NCBI GenBank assembly: GCA_001662655.1
Contig: KV460222.1
Source of the DNA: Pseudogymnoascus verrucosus
Taxonomy: Eukaryota
Strand: one strand, 5' to 3'
Length of the DNA: 54,938 nt
Part shown: one piece after another, positions 12,597-24,059 of the stretch
Layout: every line of letters begins with the position of its first letter
Numbering within the stretch: position 1 is the stretch's first letter
Made by a program: the position numbers and the translations under genes
Notes under the pieces: model-generated
The model's database searches: none
Seen by the model: only the letters and a program-made list of their open reading frames with translations
What the model was told of the DNA's origin: nothing

Positions 12597-13963
12597 ATGT
12601 CTACAGAAGCCAGAACAATCCAGGCATCCTGCCTGCACGGCGTTCGCGACCTCAGAACCGTAGGAAACCCAAACCCCGCACCAAAATGGCCCTTTGAAAA
12701 CTGAACCCCAAACCCAGGAACAACGCTTTCTCGAGCCACCGCTCCCTAGCGAGTTGCAAATCGCAATCCGCAGCACCGGAATCTGCGGATCGGATCAGCA
12801 CTATTACAACCACTTCGCAAATGGCGATATCCTGGTCCGGGAACCTCTGAGTCTTGGGCACGAGTCTTCCGGCATCGTAACCTCTATTGGCTCAGACGTG
12901 CCTTTAGGGAAATTCGCCGTCGGTGATAGAGTCGCACTTGAGGTCGGTAAGCCATGCGAGGAATGTGGGCTTTGCAAGGAAGGCAGGTACAATATCTGTC
13001 CAAAAATGAGCTTCCGGAGCAGCGCGAAGAGCTTCCCGCATTTCCAGGGGACGTTGCAAGAGGCGATCAATGCGCCGGCGAAGTGGTGCCATCGGTACGT
13101 TCCATGCCCCTCTTTTCAATTGTGTTTCTGCTCATGCGTATATAAATCATCGGTGGCTGACGGAACGATTTTAAAAGGCTCCCACCATCCGTCTCCACCG
13201 AAGAAGGTGCTCTCGTAGAGCCCCTCAGCGTTGCAATCCATGGCATCCGCCGCGCAGCTCTCACTCCAGGCGCGACTACGCTCGTAATCGGGGCCGGGGC
13301 GGTTGGATTACTCACAGCTGCCATGCTACGGGTGACAGGATCCTCGAAGATCGTGATCTGCGACATCGAAGGGCGGCGCGTCAATTTCGCCACAGCGAAC
13401 GAGTTTGCGGATCTCGGCTTCGTGGTCCCCATGAGGCGCGGATCAACTATTGAGGAAAATCTCGAGATTGCTCGGGAGACGGCGGCTTTAGCTGTCGGAG
13501 CGGTACGGGAAGGTGAGGGGTTCGCAGGCTTTGATGCTGTGTTTGAATGCACAGGTGTTGAGGCCTGCATGCAAACTGCGATTTATGTACGTCGTCTTTA
13601 TGTATTTTCAACTTATTGCATGGGTTCAACTGTACTGATTATATGCCAATACAGGCAAGTCGACCAGGCGGAAAGGTGATCATGATCGGGATGGGCACGC
13701 CTGTGCAGACTCTGCCCATGTCTGCCGCTGCATTACGGGAGGTGGATCTGATTGGTGTTTTCCGCTACGCAAGTACATACCCATACGGGATCTCTGTACT
13801 CGCGGGCGAAAATAAAGATGCGGGACGGAGCCTGCCTGATATCTCGAAGCTGATTACGCATCGATTTTTGGGACTGGATAGCATTCCGGAAGCTTTTAAA
13901 ATGGCCGGGAGGGGTGTTGATAAGAAGGGGGACTTGGTGCTGAAGGTCGTTGTTAATATTTGA
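12597..13963 (+). CDS. Zn-dependent medium-chain polyol/aldonate dehydrogenase (sorbitol DH / L-idonate 5-dehydrogenase-like), 4 exons
   Basis: GICGSD, LGHESSG, structural Zn CEECGLC...YNIC, FRSSAKSFPHFQGTLQE, EPLSVAIH, GAGAVG, FECTG, GVFRYA. Confidence 0.9.
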
Positions 13964-14326
13964 GAGGCGTAGAGACGGGCTAGGTGATGATCTTTTGGAT
14001 AGATAAAGCTATTCTATGAATTTGGTTTTTTACTTGACCCTGCACTCGAGGAAATGGTGGGTTGTTACCACTGCTCAGTTTGTGGGAAGGTGTAATTATT
14101 CAATAGCCTTTTAGCTTTGAGTTCACCTTGTTACAAGTCAATTCTACTAAAGCCAAATAGCGCACAGCACCTCCGTCAATTACGCTTAGAGAATTGCATC
14201 AATTTAAAAGTACACATAATGAACACATGCAGCAAATTTCGGAAACTATTCAGAATATACAGAGCATAGCTTTATCATTTCCTAAAAGACCTCCCCGTAA
14301 AGAGTCGCCTTGTGGATATAGACCCT

Positions 14327-15657
14327 CTACCACTCTCTTATACTACCGTCCGGACCAAAAAACTCCTTACACTGCCAGGGCTTCGTGTCTTTACTAATCT
14401 TCCTCACCATCTCTTCATCAATCTCAATACCTAAACCCACCCCTGTCGGCGCGTTGACATACCCATCCGCAATGTCAAACACGCTCTGATCCTTCAAATA
14501 CGTAAGTAAATCAATTCCGTCACCCGACTCAGTATTATAATGCATGCCCAAGCTCATCTCCAAGATCGCAAAATTCGGCGTCGCCAATGCAACCTGTAAC
14601 GAGGCCGCAAATGCAACAGGGCCAAGGGGACAATGCGGCGCGATTGCGACGTCGTATGCCTCAGCCATAATGGCGATTTTCCGCGTCTCGGAGATACCGC
14701 CAGCATGCGCAATGTCCGGCTGCAGAATATCGACCGACGTGTCTTCGAGGAAGCGCTTGATGTCCCAACGCGTGTAGAGGCGCTCGCCAAACGCGATCGG
14801 GATGCTTGTGGAGTCTGCAAGCTGCTTGATGGCTTCCGGGTGCTCACAGAGAAGTGGCTCTTCGATAAAGAGTGGACGGTGGGGTTCTAATGCTTTGGCC
14901 AGCTGTTTCGCCATGGGCTTGTGCAGGCGGCCGTGGAAGTCGAGGCCAACGTCTAGGCCTAGGGATTTTACAATGCGGAGGCGCTCGACTGTGGCGTCGA
15001 GGACGGAGGGTGAGTCGACCCAGTTTGTGTCCTCGGTTGCATTCATTTTGACGCATTTGAGGCCCTGTGCTATTCGTGCTTTGCTGTAGCACGAGTTAGC
15101 AATTGGTCGTGAGTGAGAGGAGTGCATGATCACGTACGCGGCGATTTCGACGTCGGCTGGCCTGTCACCCCCAATCCAGGCGTAGACCTGTACCTTATTT
15201 CTGACCTTCCCACCGAGCAACTCATAGACTGGGACTCCGAGAGTCCGGCCTTTGTTGGGCGAAGATCCTCAGCTTTCGTATCCTGCCAATTATTCTTCAA
15301 TGGAGGGGACTAACCTTTGAGATCCCACAAGGCAATGTCAATTCCAGAGAGTGCAGACATAAAGACCGGACCACCACGGTAGAAGCCATGTCTCCAGAAC
15401 ATTTGCCATATATGCTCAATGTTACTTCATTTTGTTAGCAAGGTATACTCAATAGGCAGCCAACATGAATAAACGACGCACTTTGCTTCCTGGCCAATAA
15501 GTCGCACAATCATCTCGTCTAGTGCACCCTCAACAGCGAGATCGTGGCCCTCGAGGGTGCCTTCACCCCAGCCGTACTGCCCAGCGTCATCACTGATCTT
15601 GACCATCAGCCAGCGAGGCTTAACGCGGAAATATTCGATGCTTGTGATTTTGGCCAT
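14327..15657 (-). CDS. dgoD: Enolase-superfamily (mandelate racemase subgroup) aldonate dehydratase, D-galactonate dehydratase-like, multi-exon
   Basis: [20 protein letters not shown]...[102 protein letters not shown]. Confidence 0.92.
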
Positions 15658-16598
15658 TATGAAATGAGGCAATTAGTCGATGAAGGCTTTTAGAAAGTCG
15701 CACGGTGGGGAAGGGGAAAGGCGTATGATTGATAGATATGGAAGAGTAGAATCGAACAATGAGAAGCATGAGTGATAGAATTCGTGGCTGTCCGCCAACT
15801 TGATGATTAACTGTTCTGCACGGACATACCCTGAAATCGGACCGTGGGGGTTTCCAATTAGTGTAGCAGCTGCTTTGAGCCTAGCGTCGTTATGGACCTG
15901 CCTCGGAACACCCCCAACGTTTTCTGGCCCATCGATTAGACCGCGTACTACCAATCGCCACATTCAGACTAGGTCCCGACTTTTCGGTCCAACGCCGAAA
16001 TGTCCGATAGATTATTACTAGTGGGTACCAACGCAAATATGTCGTTACCCCGCATATCCCACGCTACTACCCGCCCCCACGCTCCTCCGAACTCCCTCAA
16101 ACTTCTTCAAACTTCTCCAAACTCCCCAAACTCCCCCAAACTCCCCCAAACTCCCCCAAGCCCTACCTCCCCCAAGCAAGCCGTTGTCGTCAGCTGCATT
16201 GTTTTAAGCTGTTCTAGACTTCCGCCCTAATTTCGGGGGTGGGGAACTGTTGATTGGCAAATACACCCCTAAGATCCAAGCGTTGGGGGCTAGATCGCTT
16301 GGCAACGAAAGCTCTCCCCCCCCCAAAAAAACCCACCCAGTTTATTATTGTGTTCGCAGCGGATCATGGAGGTTGTCAACATCTCACCGCTACCCCCGAA
16401 TCTTTCCCCTTTTGAGTTCGATGAAGGTAATGGAAACCGCTAACCCCCGCATCCCGTGTCAAACTTAGAAGAGCTGCGAGTCTGGGGTAACACACTAGTT
16501 CCGTGCAGAGCAATATATGACCCTCTCGACATCATCTAACCTCCTCTGAGCCCATCTTCCCATCAAGACTCATCCCGCATTCCTGTAAGAACACAACA

Positions 16599-18381
16599 AT
16601 GGCGCCAATCGACGTTCTTAACGGTAACGAGGACGTGTCATCCATCGGTGACAGCAAGACGAGCTCAAACCAGATCGAAGATAAAGAGTCTGGCACCAAG
16701 GGGGCTCAGGTCAGCGAGGAACGAGTGGTTCTCACTGAGCAAGATGTGAGTCCATCTTTAAAGTGTATCTACTTAGAGACAGAAGAGATTACTAACGCTC
16801 GCCAATAGAACAAACTCATCCTTCGCAAAACAGACAAGTCAATTTTAACAATACTTGTCTGGGTGTACTTCCTCCAGGTCAGCATTCTACTCTACTCGCA
16901 AAGCCCCACGCAGCCCACTAATTTGACCTAGATCCTCGACAAATCAGTGCTTGGATATGCTTCTCTCTTTGGCCTCCGAGAAGATACTAAGCTGAAAGGC
17001 ACAGAGTACTCTATGGTCGGCTCTATAGCCCCAATCGCTCAATTATGTTGGCTCCCCTTCGCCTCTGCCGTGATAGTCAAGGTGCCTCATCGTATCTTGA
17101 TGTCTATACTCATCTTTGGTTGGGGTCTTGCGCAGACCTGCATGGCTGCATCTCACAACTACGCTGGGCTTGTCACCTCCCGCTTCTTCCTCGGTCTATT
17201 CGAAGCTGCTTGTCTGCCACTTTTTGGCGTTATAACTAGTCAGTGGTACCGTCGCGCTGAACAACCAGTTCGTATCGCAGCTTGGTATGGAACTAACGGC
17301 ATGGCAACCATTATTGGATCTGCACTTTCTTTTGGTCTGGGTCATATTCCTAGTAGCACTCTTAGGTCATGGCAGATGTAAGCTTCATTCTAGCCTCCCT
17401 TTATGTGCACTCCAGTGAAGTGGATGCTATGCGCATAGTAGCTAATTTCTCACTAGTATTTTCATTTTCGTTGGACTTGTTACTGTTATTACTGCCCCGT
17501 TCGTTTACTGGAAGCTCGACAACGACGTGGAAAGCGCACGCTTCCTTACTAAACACGAGCGCGCTCAAGCTATTGAGCGACTTCGCGCAAACAATACTGG
17601 TATTGGCTCTCGCGAATTCAAATGGAGCCAAGTCGTCGAGGTCTTCCTTGATCCAAAGACATACCTCTGGTTTGTTTTAGCTCTTCTCGTTAATGTTGGA
17701 GCAGCGGTGAGCAATGTCTTTGGTCCACTTATCCTAAACGGACTTGGATTTGACAAGTACATCACGTCGCTACTTAACATTCCTTTTGGTGCAGTGCAGC
17801 TCTTGGTTATTCTCCTAGCGAGTTACGCTGCACATAAGGCGAAGCTAAAGGGTGCTATCCTAGCTATCCTCATGCTCCCCGTCGTTGCTGGATTAGCCAT
17901 GCTATATGCCCTTCCGCGAAACAGCGCCAACATTGCCCCTAATCTAGTTGCATACTACCTTCTCGCGTTTCTCTTTGGTGGAAACCCCCTCCTTATCACT
18001 TGGCTCGTGGGTAACACTGCTGGAACAACTAAGAAGACGGTCCTAATGGTTATTTACAACATCGGTATATCTGTTGGCAACATCATTGGCCCGCTATTGT
18101 TCAAAGCATCAGATGCTCCAAGCTATCTTCCAGGACTGCGCGTTGTACTGGGCTTGTTCTGCGCAATGGTTGCTGCTATCTTAGCACAGTGGTTCTTACT
18201 CTTCACCATGAACAAAGGCCAAGAGAGGAAGCGTGTTGCGAACGGGAAGCCAGCGAAAATCACTGATCGCTCCATGATGGACCAGTATACCGCGCAGGAT
18301 GACATTGATAGCAGAAATACCGACGCCGCATTGCATGATCTAACTGATCGCAAGAATGACGAGTTTGTGTATATCTACTGA
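16599..18381 (+). CDS. MFS transporter, anion:cation symporter (Dal5/allantoate-permease-like) family, 4 exons
   Basis: ILRKTDK..ILVWVYFLQ|ILDKSVLGYASLFGL, RFFLGLFEA, QWYRRAEQPVRIAAWY, ARFLT, NTAGTTKK, GNIIGP, DAPSYLPG, C-terminal DLTDRKNDEFVYIY. Confidence 0.92.
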
Positions 18382-19200
18382 TGAAACTGTGGCTGTTAGA
18401 GTATTATGGTTTTGGTTATTCGTGTACGGAAGCAGAATTTATTCTTTATTTGTTTATTATTAAACGATAATAACTACTGGCTCAGACAGGAAACCGCATT
18501 TTTCTCGAGGAAAGGCTTCGACATTTGATCGTGACCTGTGTGCCACATAAATGTGATAGACGTTTCTCAGATATGTTAATAATATGATACAATGTTAAAC
18601 GACGACATAATGCATATGCAACAAAAGTATATAGGCTATAATTTCATAAGACGTTAGCAGTAACACATCAATACGGACTAATGCGTTGGTGGCCAAGTGC
18701 ATGGTACGACCATACTCGAGAGGATTGATTTTCGAAACTGCTCCTTCTAAATCTTTATTCCAACTGATTGTCCAACGGTTAGAGAATCTCTTGCAGGCAT
18801 TATTCAAATAAAGCTCCACTTTGCAAAGGAAGCCTCTAGTACAAGCAGTTCTTCTGTAACGCTTAGATCTTCTCTCGTTATAACGCCCTTTCTACTCTAG
18901 GTCCCTAACAACCTCTTCTCGAACCACCCTTGTGCGCTTACGGTTCCTACGACATGCTTAGGAGTATACATACCTGTGGTCACATAACTACATGAGCGCA
19001 TTATACAATATATAATATAATATTAGCGTAGTGTTTTTTGCTACAGACAGCGATTTTATGGTAGTTGGCATGTTAACGGAGGGAGCCACAGCTCTAGGAC
19101 CTGATGTACACCATTTTGCAGTCCTACGAGAATACATTAGATCTCTATAGTAACCGGAATTTCTGTTTAAAAAATCCTTACCCTAAACTTTCTCCGCCTG

Positions 19201-19880
19201 TTACATCCTAGGGAGCGCAAAATGCTCGTTCTTTGCCTTTGCTGCTATCTCCGTAATAGCAACCACATCATCATGCCCAAACGCCGCCGCCATGTGCTCT
19301 AGAGACACGCCCTTAGTCTCCGGCGCCCAAATGAAGATATAAATCCAACCACAAACGACACAGGAGCCAAAGAAAAAAAACGTGCCATACCCAATGCTAC
19401 TAATCATGTATGGCGTAGCCTTCGTAATGACCAGATTCATGACCCACTGCATCGATGCCCCCAGCGTCGCACTGACTGTGCGCACATTTAACGGCGCTGC
19501 TTCGCTTAACAGGATGTACGGGATGCCGCCAAAGGCAGAAGCATAGCCAATGGAATAGATATATATGAATGCAATAGCAGCGATAGCACCACTATTGATC
19601 TGCTGCGTGAAGCCGTCCGGATGCGTGATCTTGACATAGGCGCCGACGAAGAAGAGCGAAAAGCTCATGATCCCGCACGAGCTCAGTAGGAGGGTTTTGC
19701 GGCCGATACGGTCGACTAGGAAGAGCATTGAAATTGTGGCAGACACAGATTTCACCACGCCGTAGATTCCTGTTGCGAAAAGACCAGTGTCGGTTCCTGT
19801 TACGCCTAGTGATTTAAATATGAGCGGTGAAAAGTAGTTCATGCCGTTGATGCCGGAGAGTTGCCAGAGAATTGCTGAGA
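19201..19880 (-). pseudogene. 3' half of a sugar-porter family (quinate permease-like) MFS transporter, 5' half missing
   Basis: WQLSGINGMNYFSPLIFKSLG, VDRIGRKTLLL, SEAAPLNVR, PETKGVSLE. Preceded by an intron acceptor and then AT-rich TpA-rich relic DNA from ~19910. No N-terminal exons visible. Confidence 0.75.
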
Positions 19881-19909
19881 AATCAAGCCAACTATAAACA
19901 TTAGTAGTC

Positions 19910-20890
19910 AACCCTATATGGTAATTTAAGATGTGGACTGCCTAGGTACCACTTAGTATATAGTAACAGAGTTATTAATTCAATTGCCTTTTCCTATTCT
20001 AATGAAGCTACGTAGTATTTATAGGCTTGTAAGAGCCTACTGCAACCCCATAAACCCTCGAGTAACCCATTGGGAGGACCATAGGGAACGCTGGCTTCTA
20101 CAGTGCAGATAACTAGGTTTCTAGGGCCAAAATCAGGGGGTTTATCTAACGCCCGGCCTGTTCCTTAATACTGGCTATGCTAATTAATTATATTAAAAAG
20201 CATCTTAAGACTAGCGTAAAAAAGGAATGTCTATATCCCTTATGTTATATACTACTTATAACACTTTAGACTCCTAGGCCTATTTTTAGGATGCTTACTA
20301 TATTAAAGAACTACGTTTAAACTGTGTTACTAAGAAAAGAAGGAGAGAAGATAGTAAGGAAAGCATGCAAGACACGAAGGACAAGGCTTTAAGCGTTGTG
20401 AGCAAGAAGGTAAAGAATGAGCATAAGAAGGGAGAGGGGGAATATGCGGAATCTACGACATCATAACTAGATAATATCATAGTATCATTTTCAAATTGCA
20501 ATTGAAACTGTGGTCTAGAAGTAGGCGATGCCATTAGAAGCCTATATGTATACTAAAGGGCATAAGAAGGATAGAGATCCTACTATCTTATGTATATAGA
20601 GCTTAGAAAGCTCTAAGTGTAAATACTACATTACCTAGTATATAGTATATGTTCTAGTAGGTTCTTATCTAGCCTCTAGCCTTTATAAATTGTCTATCTT
20701 ACTATTACTAACCTCTAGAGATAGATCTCCTAGTTCCTAGCTAAATAATACTAGAAACCCCTCCAACTTAGCTAACTCCCTATTTGCCTAAGGCTTCCTT
20801 ATACTATATGCCTAAGGCTTATAATTAACCTATAATAGCCCTAAGCCTTAAGGGTGCTATATAACAACTATAACTAACCTAAGTAAGGAG
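19910..20890. mobile_element. RIP-degraded transposon relic block ending in a partial LTR copy (~20745-20890)
   Basis: TpA-rich, CpA/CpG-poor DNA. 20745-20890 aligns by eye with the 3' half of the LTR at 31617-31915 (tttgcctaaggcttcctta...agtaaggag) with C>T/G>A changes. Confidence 0.75.
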
Positions 20891-21994
20891 TGATAGTGAT
20901 AGTGGAGTGGTGGGATAACAATATCAGGATCTGCGCCTGCGGGGTCTTTATAATATGGAAATTGGGGGGGGGGGGGGGTTGGCGGCGAGACGCGCATTTA
21001 CCCAGCAGTGTAGAGTTCAGAGATCAAAGACTCAATTCTGGCTGCTGCCTAGAACGTGCATAGGATGTCTGCATAGATGTTGGAATTACAGCCATGGCAT
21101 CCAACATAATCGACCAAAGTGGAATGTAGCACTGCACCGCATTAGCGTCTCCAGTGCCTGGCGCTATGGAGGGCCTTGCAGGGCCTAACGGGTGGTCTAG
21201 CGGGCCATGGTTGCATAGACATGAAGTACCTCTCCACACAACGCGTTTGGTGGAGTACAGCCAATGACGGTGCAGAATGGTGAGGCACTCTATATAGCAC
21301 AAAGTAATTCCAACACGAGCCGTCTACAGGGTCCTTTCGTAGGATTGAGTTGGCTATAGGGACGATTAGCCAGAAGTTGTAGAATTGGACGAGTGGTATT
21401 TCTATTCGCCGAGTCTGTTTAGGTCTGTTTGCCGGGTCTGTTTGCTGACAATTATTTATTGCGCCGAAGGGGTGTGCAACTGGGTTTTCGCATTCCTTTA
21501 GGTGCCAAGGTGTGATGGTGAGTCTGGATGTGGGATACACGGTTGGAATGGCTGTGAATCCCAACTCCACCACAATCTAACGGGGTTCCTGCGCAGTGGC
21601 TGTGTGATATCGGACGATTCCACGGCGCAGCAGTACAGTGCAGCAGTACAGTAGATCCGGTTCACTCGGGCGATTTATCCTAGCGAAGAAGCCAAGGTAC
21701 AGAACAGAACAGAACAGAACCCTAGCATCTACAGTCCTATTCTCGCCACCACGGCGTTGACAGCATCGCTTCCACGTACTGCACCTGCGAGTACGAATGT
21801 TGTTCGACGTTGACGTTGACGGTCTCCGAGACGAGGGTCATGTTCTCCCACAATACCAAACTCACATGGACAAACTGCTAATGTCTGTGGTCACATTCAT
21901 TGTGTGCGCAAACATGCAGCAAGTTTACACCACAGTTGGCCTTGTAGAATTCCAAGCTAGTGGATTGAGTTTGTATCATACTGTTTAGAATAGA

Positions 21995-23560
21995 CTACTC
22001 GACTGAATCACGACTAATGTCAGTTCCTCCCGTTCCAAGCATCTTCTCCTGCGTTAGGTCGTGAATGCAAACATTGAGGTTGACACGTCCAAAATTACAA
22101 TCAAAACCCTCGTAAATACCTTCACCTGGCTGATCGCCCACCATTTCAGTTGTGTAATCCCTGTTAAACCACGAAATGTAATCAGTTAACCAGTCGCGTG
22201 TTTCCTCAGTTGTCCACTTCCACAAATGAATCTTCCAAGTTTCCCCATGCGATAATTTTTCTTCTACGTCAATGCCTAACTCGGCGGCCCTGCGTAGGAG
22301 GTCTGTAAGGTAGTGTCTATTAAGACTTCCGCGTGCTTCGCGCACTAAGAACTGATCTGGAACCGCTTTAATGCCGTCGTACACACCTTGCATATCTGCC
22401 GCAATGCAAACTCGAGCCACTTGTGGTGCCATGGACGGTTTGCGGCGAACAAGTTCCTCCAAGGTTTTCCAAGCAGGGCGCGCTGGATAATAAATGTTGT
22501 ATGGAAGATCGCTGTAAGGTGTGTCATCAGTGATACGCGACAAGTCGTTATTCATGATAAACCTGGCATTAATTGCTTGGCGAAGGTGTTGATGATGGGT
22601 AACTTCAGGTTGAAGAGACCACCACTTAGCAAACATAGTGTTGTGAAATATACCTCGCATGACACATTGGAATTCACCTCGGAGCATCCGTGGTCGCCGT
22701 AGGCGGGCGTACCTATCGACATTTCCCGAATAAGCAGCCTGGAGAATCAGAACATCCTTGTTGATATTTGGTAGGTCGACTGGCAGAGGCGTGTAAAGAT
22801 ATTGCACCACATGTGGATCAGGAGCAGGTCGGTCTTCTTTTTCGTAGTTATCGACGTGGCCATCCTCAGTTATATCAAAGTATAAGTTCCATCTCCACAA
22901 CCAAAGCGATTGGCTAAATGTACCATCTCTCTCAAACGGGTTTTTCACGTCAAGTGATGATCGCACTGCTGTGTCACCATTCAAGCAAGCGCCAGCTTTA
23001 GGGTAGTCGAGTTCTGCAGAGAGCTTGTAATCATCCAGAACAGCATATTTAACCATGCTTGCCATTATAGAATCAAATATTGCCTTCCCACTTTCTTGAT
23101 TATCACGGGCCTCCTCTGCAATGGAGACCTCAGGAAGGAGGTCAAGCTCGTGAAACAAGCTTGTATAACCGGCAACTGCGCAGGCACGGCCAGCCTGATA
23201 CCGCATCTGAGGATATCGCCGCGCCAATTCGCGGTAGATGGATTCGCTCGCGACGTTCGGATGCCAGATACAGTAAGGGAATTCATGCGCCTCTTTCATG
23301 TTGGGAATAATGTTGCTCATGATGCTGCGAGCGTTGAGTGCTCGAATGAGCTCTGGATACTGGTCGCCTAAGCTATACAGTTCGGTAGCAAATCCAGGGT
23401 GATACCGGATGCCCCGAATTATGCAAAGGCGCGTAGCTTCCAAGCTTAGGTCGTTCGGTAGTTTTTCGCCACGGATGGCAGCAGAGCATTCTTGGATGTA
23501 TGCCATGTCTGAGGAACTAGGTACAGTCCAGTCAACATCGATTGAGAGCGAGTGAGCCAT
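21995..23560 (-). CDS. Intronless 521-aa fungal hypothetical protein built from two internal repeats
   Basis: Long uninterrupted ORF. Repeat 1 CIIRGIRYH..RALNARSIMSN..PYCIWHP..RELARRYPQM..GRACAVAGY..EEAR. Repeat 2 CVMRGIFHN..QAINARFIMNN..PYNIYYP..EELVRRKPSM..ARVCIAADM..REAR. Confidence 0.8.
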   Translation of the reverse strand: MAHSLSIDVDWTVPSSSDMAYIQECSAAIRGEKLPNDLSLEATRLCIIRGIRYHPGFATELYSLGDQYPELIRALNARSIMSNIIPNMKEAHEFPYCIWHPNVASESIYRELARRYPQMRYQAGRACAVAGYTSLFHELDLLPEVSIAEEARDNQESGKAIFDSIMASMVKYAVLDDYKLSAELDYPKAGACLNGDTAVRSSLDVKNPFERDGTFSQSLWLWRWNLYFDITEDGHVDNYEKEDRPAPDPHVVQYLYTPLPVDLPNINKDVLILQAAYSGNVDRYARLRRPRMLRGEFQCVMRGIFHNTMFAKWWSLQPEVTHHQHLRQAINARFIMNNDLSRITDDTPYSDLPYNIYYPARPAWKTLEELVRRKPSMAPQVARVCIAADMQGVYDGIKAVPDQFLVREARGSLNRHYLTDLLRRAAELGIDVEEKLSHGETWKIHLWKWTTEETRDWLTDYISWFNRDYTTEMVGDQPGEGIYEGFDCNFGRVNLNVCIHDLTQEKMLGTGGTDISRDSVE

Positions 23561-24059
23561 GGCAACTAGAATTATGGCGCTGCCATATAGGGTCGTAATA
23601 AGAAAGGGCCCTGATGGATACTTGAGGCGAGGATGTTTATTAGAGAATAAATACTAAATAAAGTGTTTTCACGTGATCTATGAGCTTCGCATTCCTTGTT
23701 GGATATATTATTGGAGTTTGACGACTTGATTGAGAAACTATGGGGGACCGGAGGCCTTATATACATCCAGTATACGATCTACGCTGTGCGGCGTACTTCT
23801 AGGAACATCTCATGTTCCAACATTCCTTGTTGGAATATTACCCCAGCGTCGGGGATGTCCACCAGAATTTGGTGAATATCCCACGGCTATCGCTTTGGCA
23901 CGCTCCGAGTAATGGCAGCCGGAATAGCGGCACCGAAGTAGAATACAGTATATAGAACAGTAAATTTGATTCAATTGAATAAGTAATCTATCTACTGGGT
24001 CTACGCTACTATTTGTAGGCCACGGTGGGCACTCCTTAGCTGCTACAACGCAGCTGCGC

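Noticed and set aside
16085..16170. AAACTCCCC(C) repeat as a telomere-like tract
   Set aside because: Not TTAGGG-type; a short degenerate microsatellite in the dehydratase/permease divergent promoter.
18855..19007. TGTAACG...ATACA segment as another solo LTR
   Set aside because: Ends match poorly, no target-site duplication, no second copy recognised in the window.
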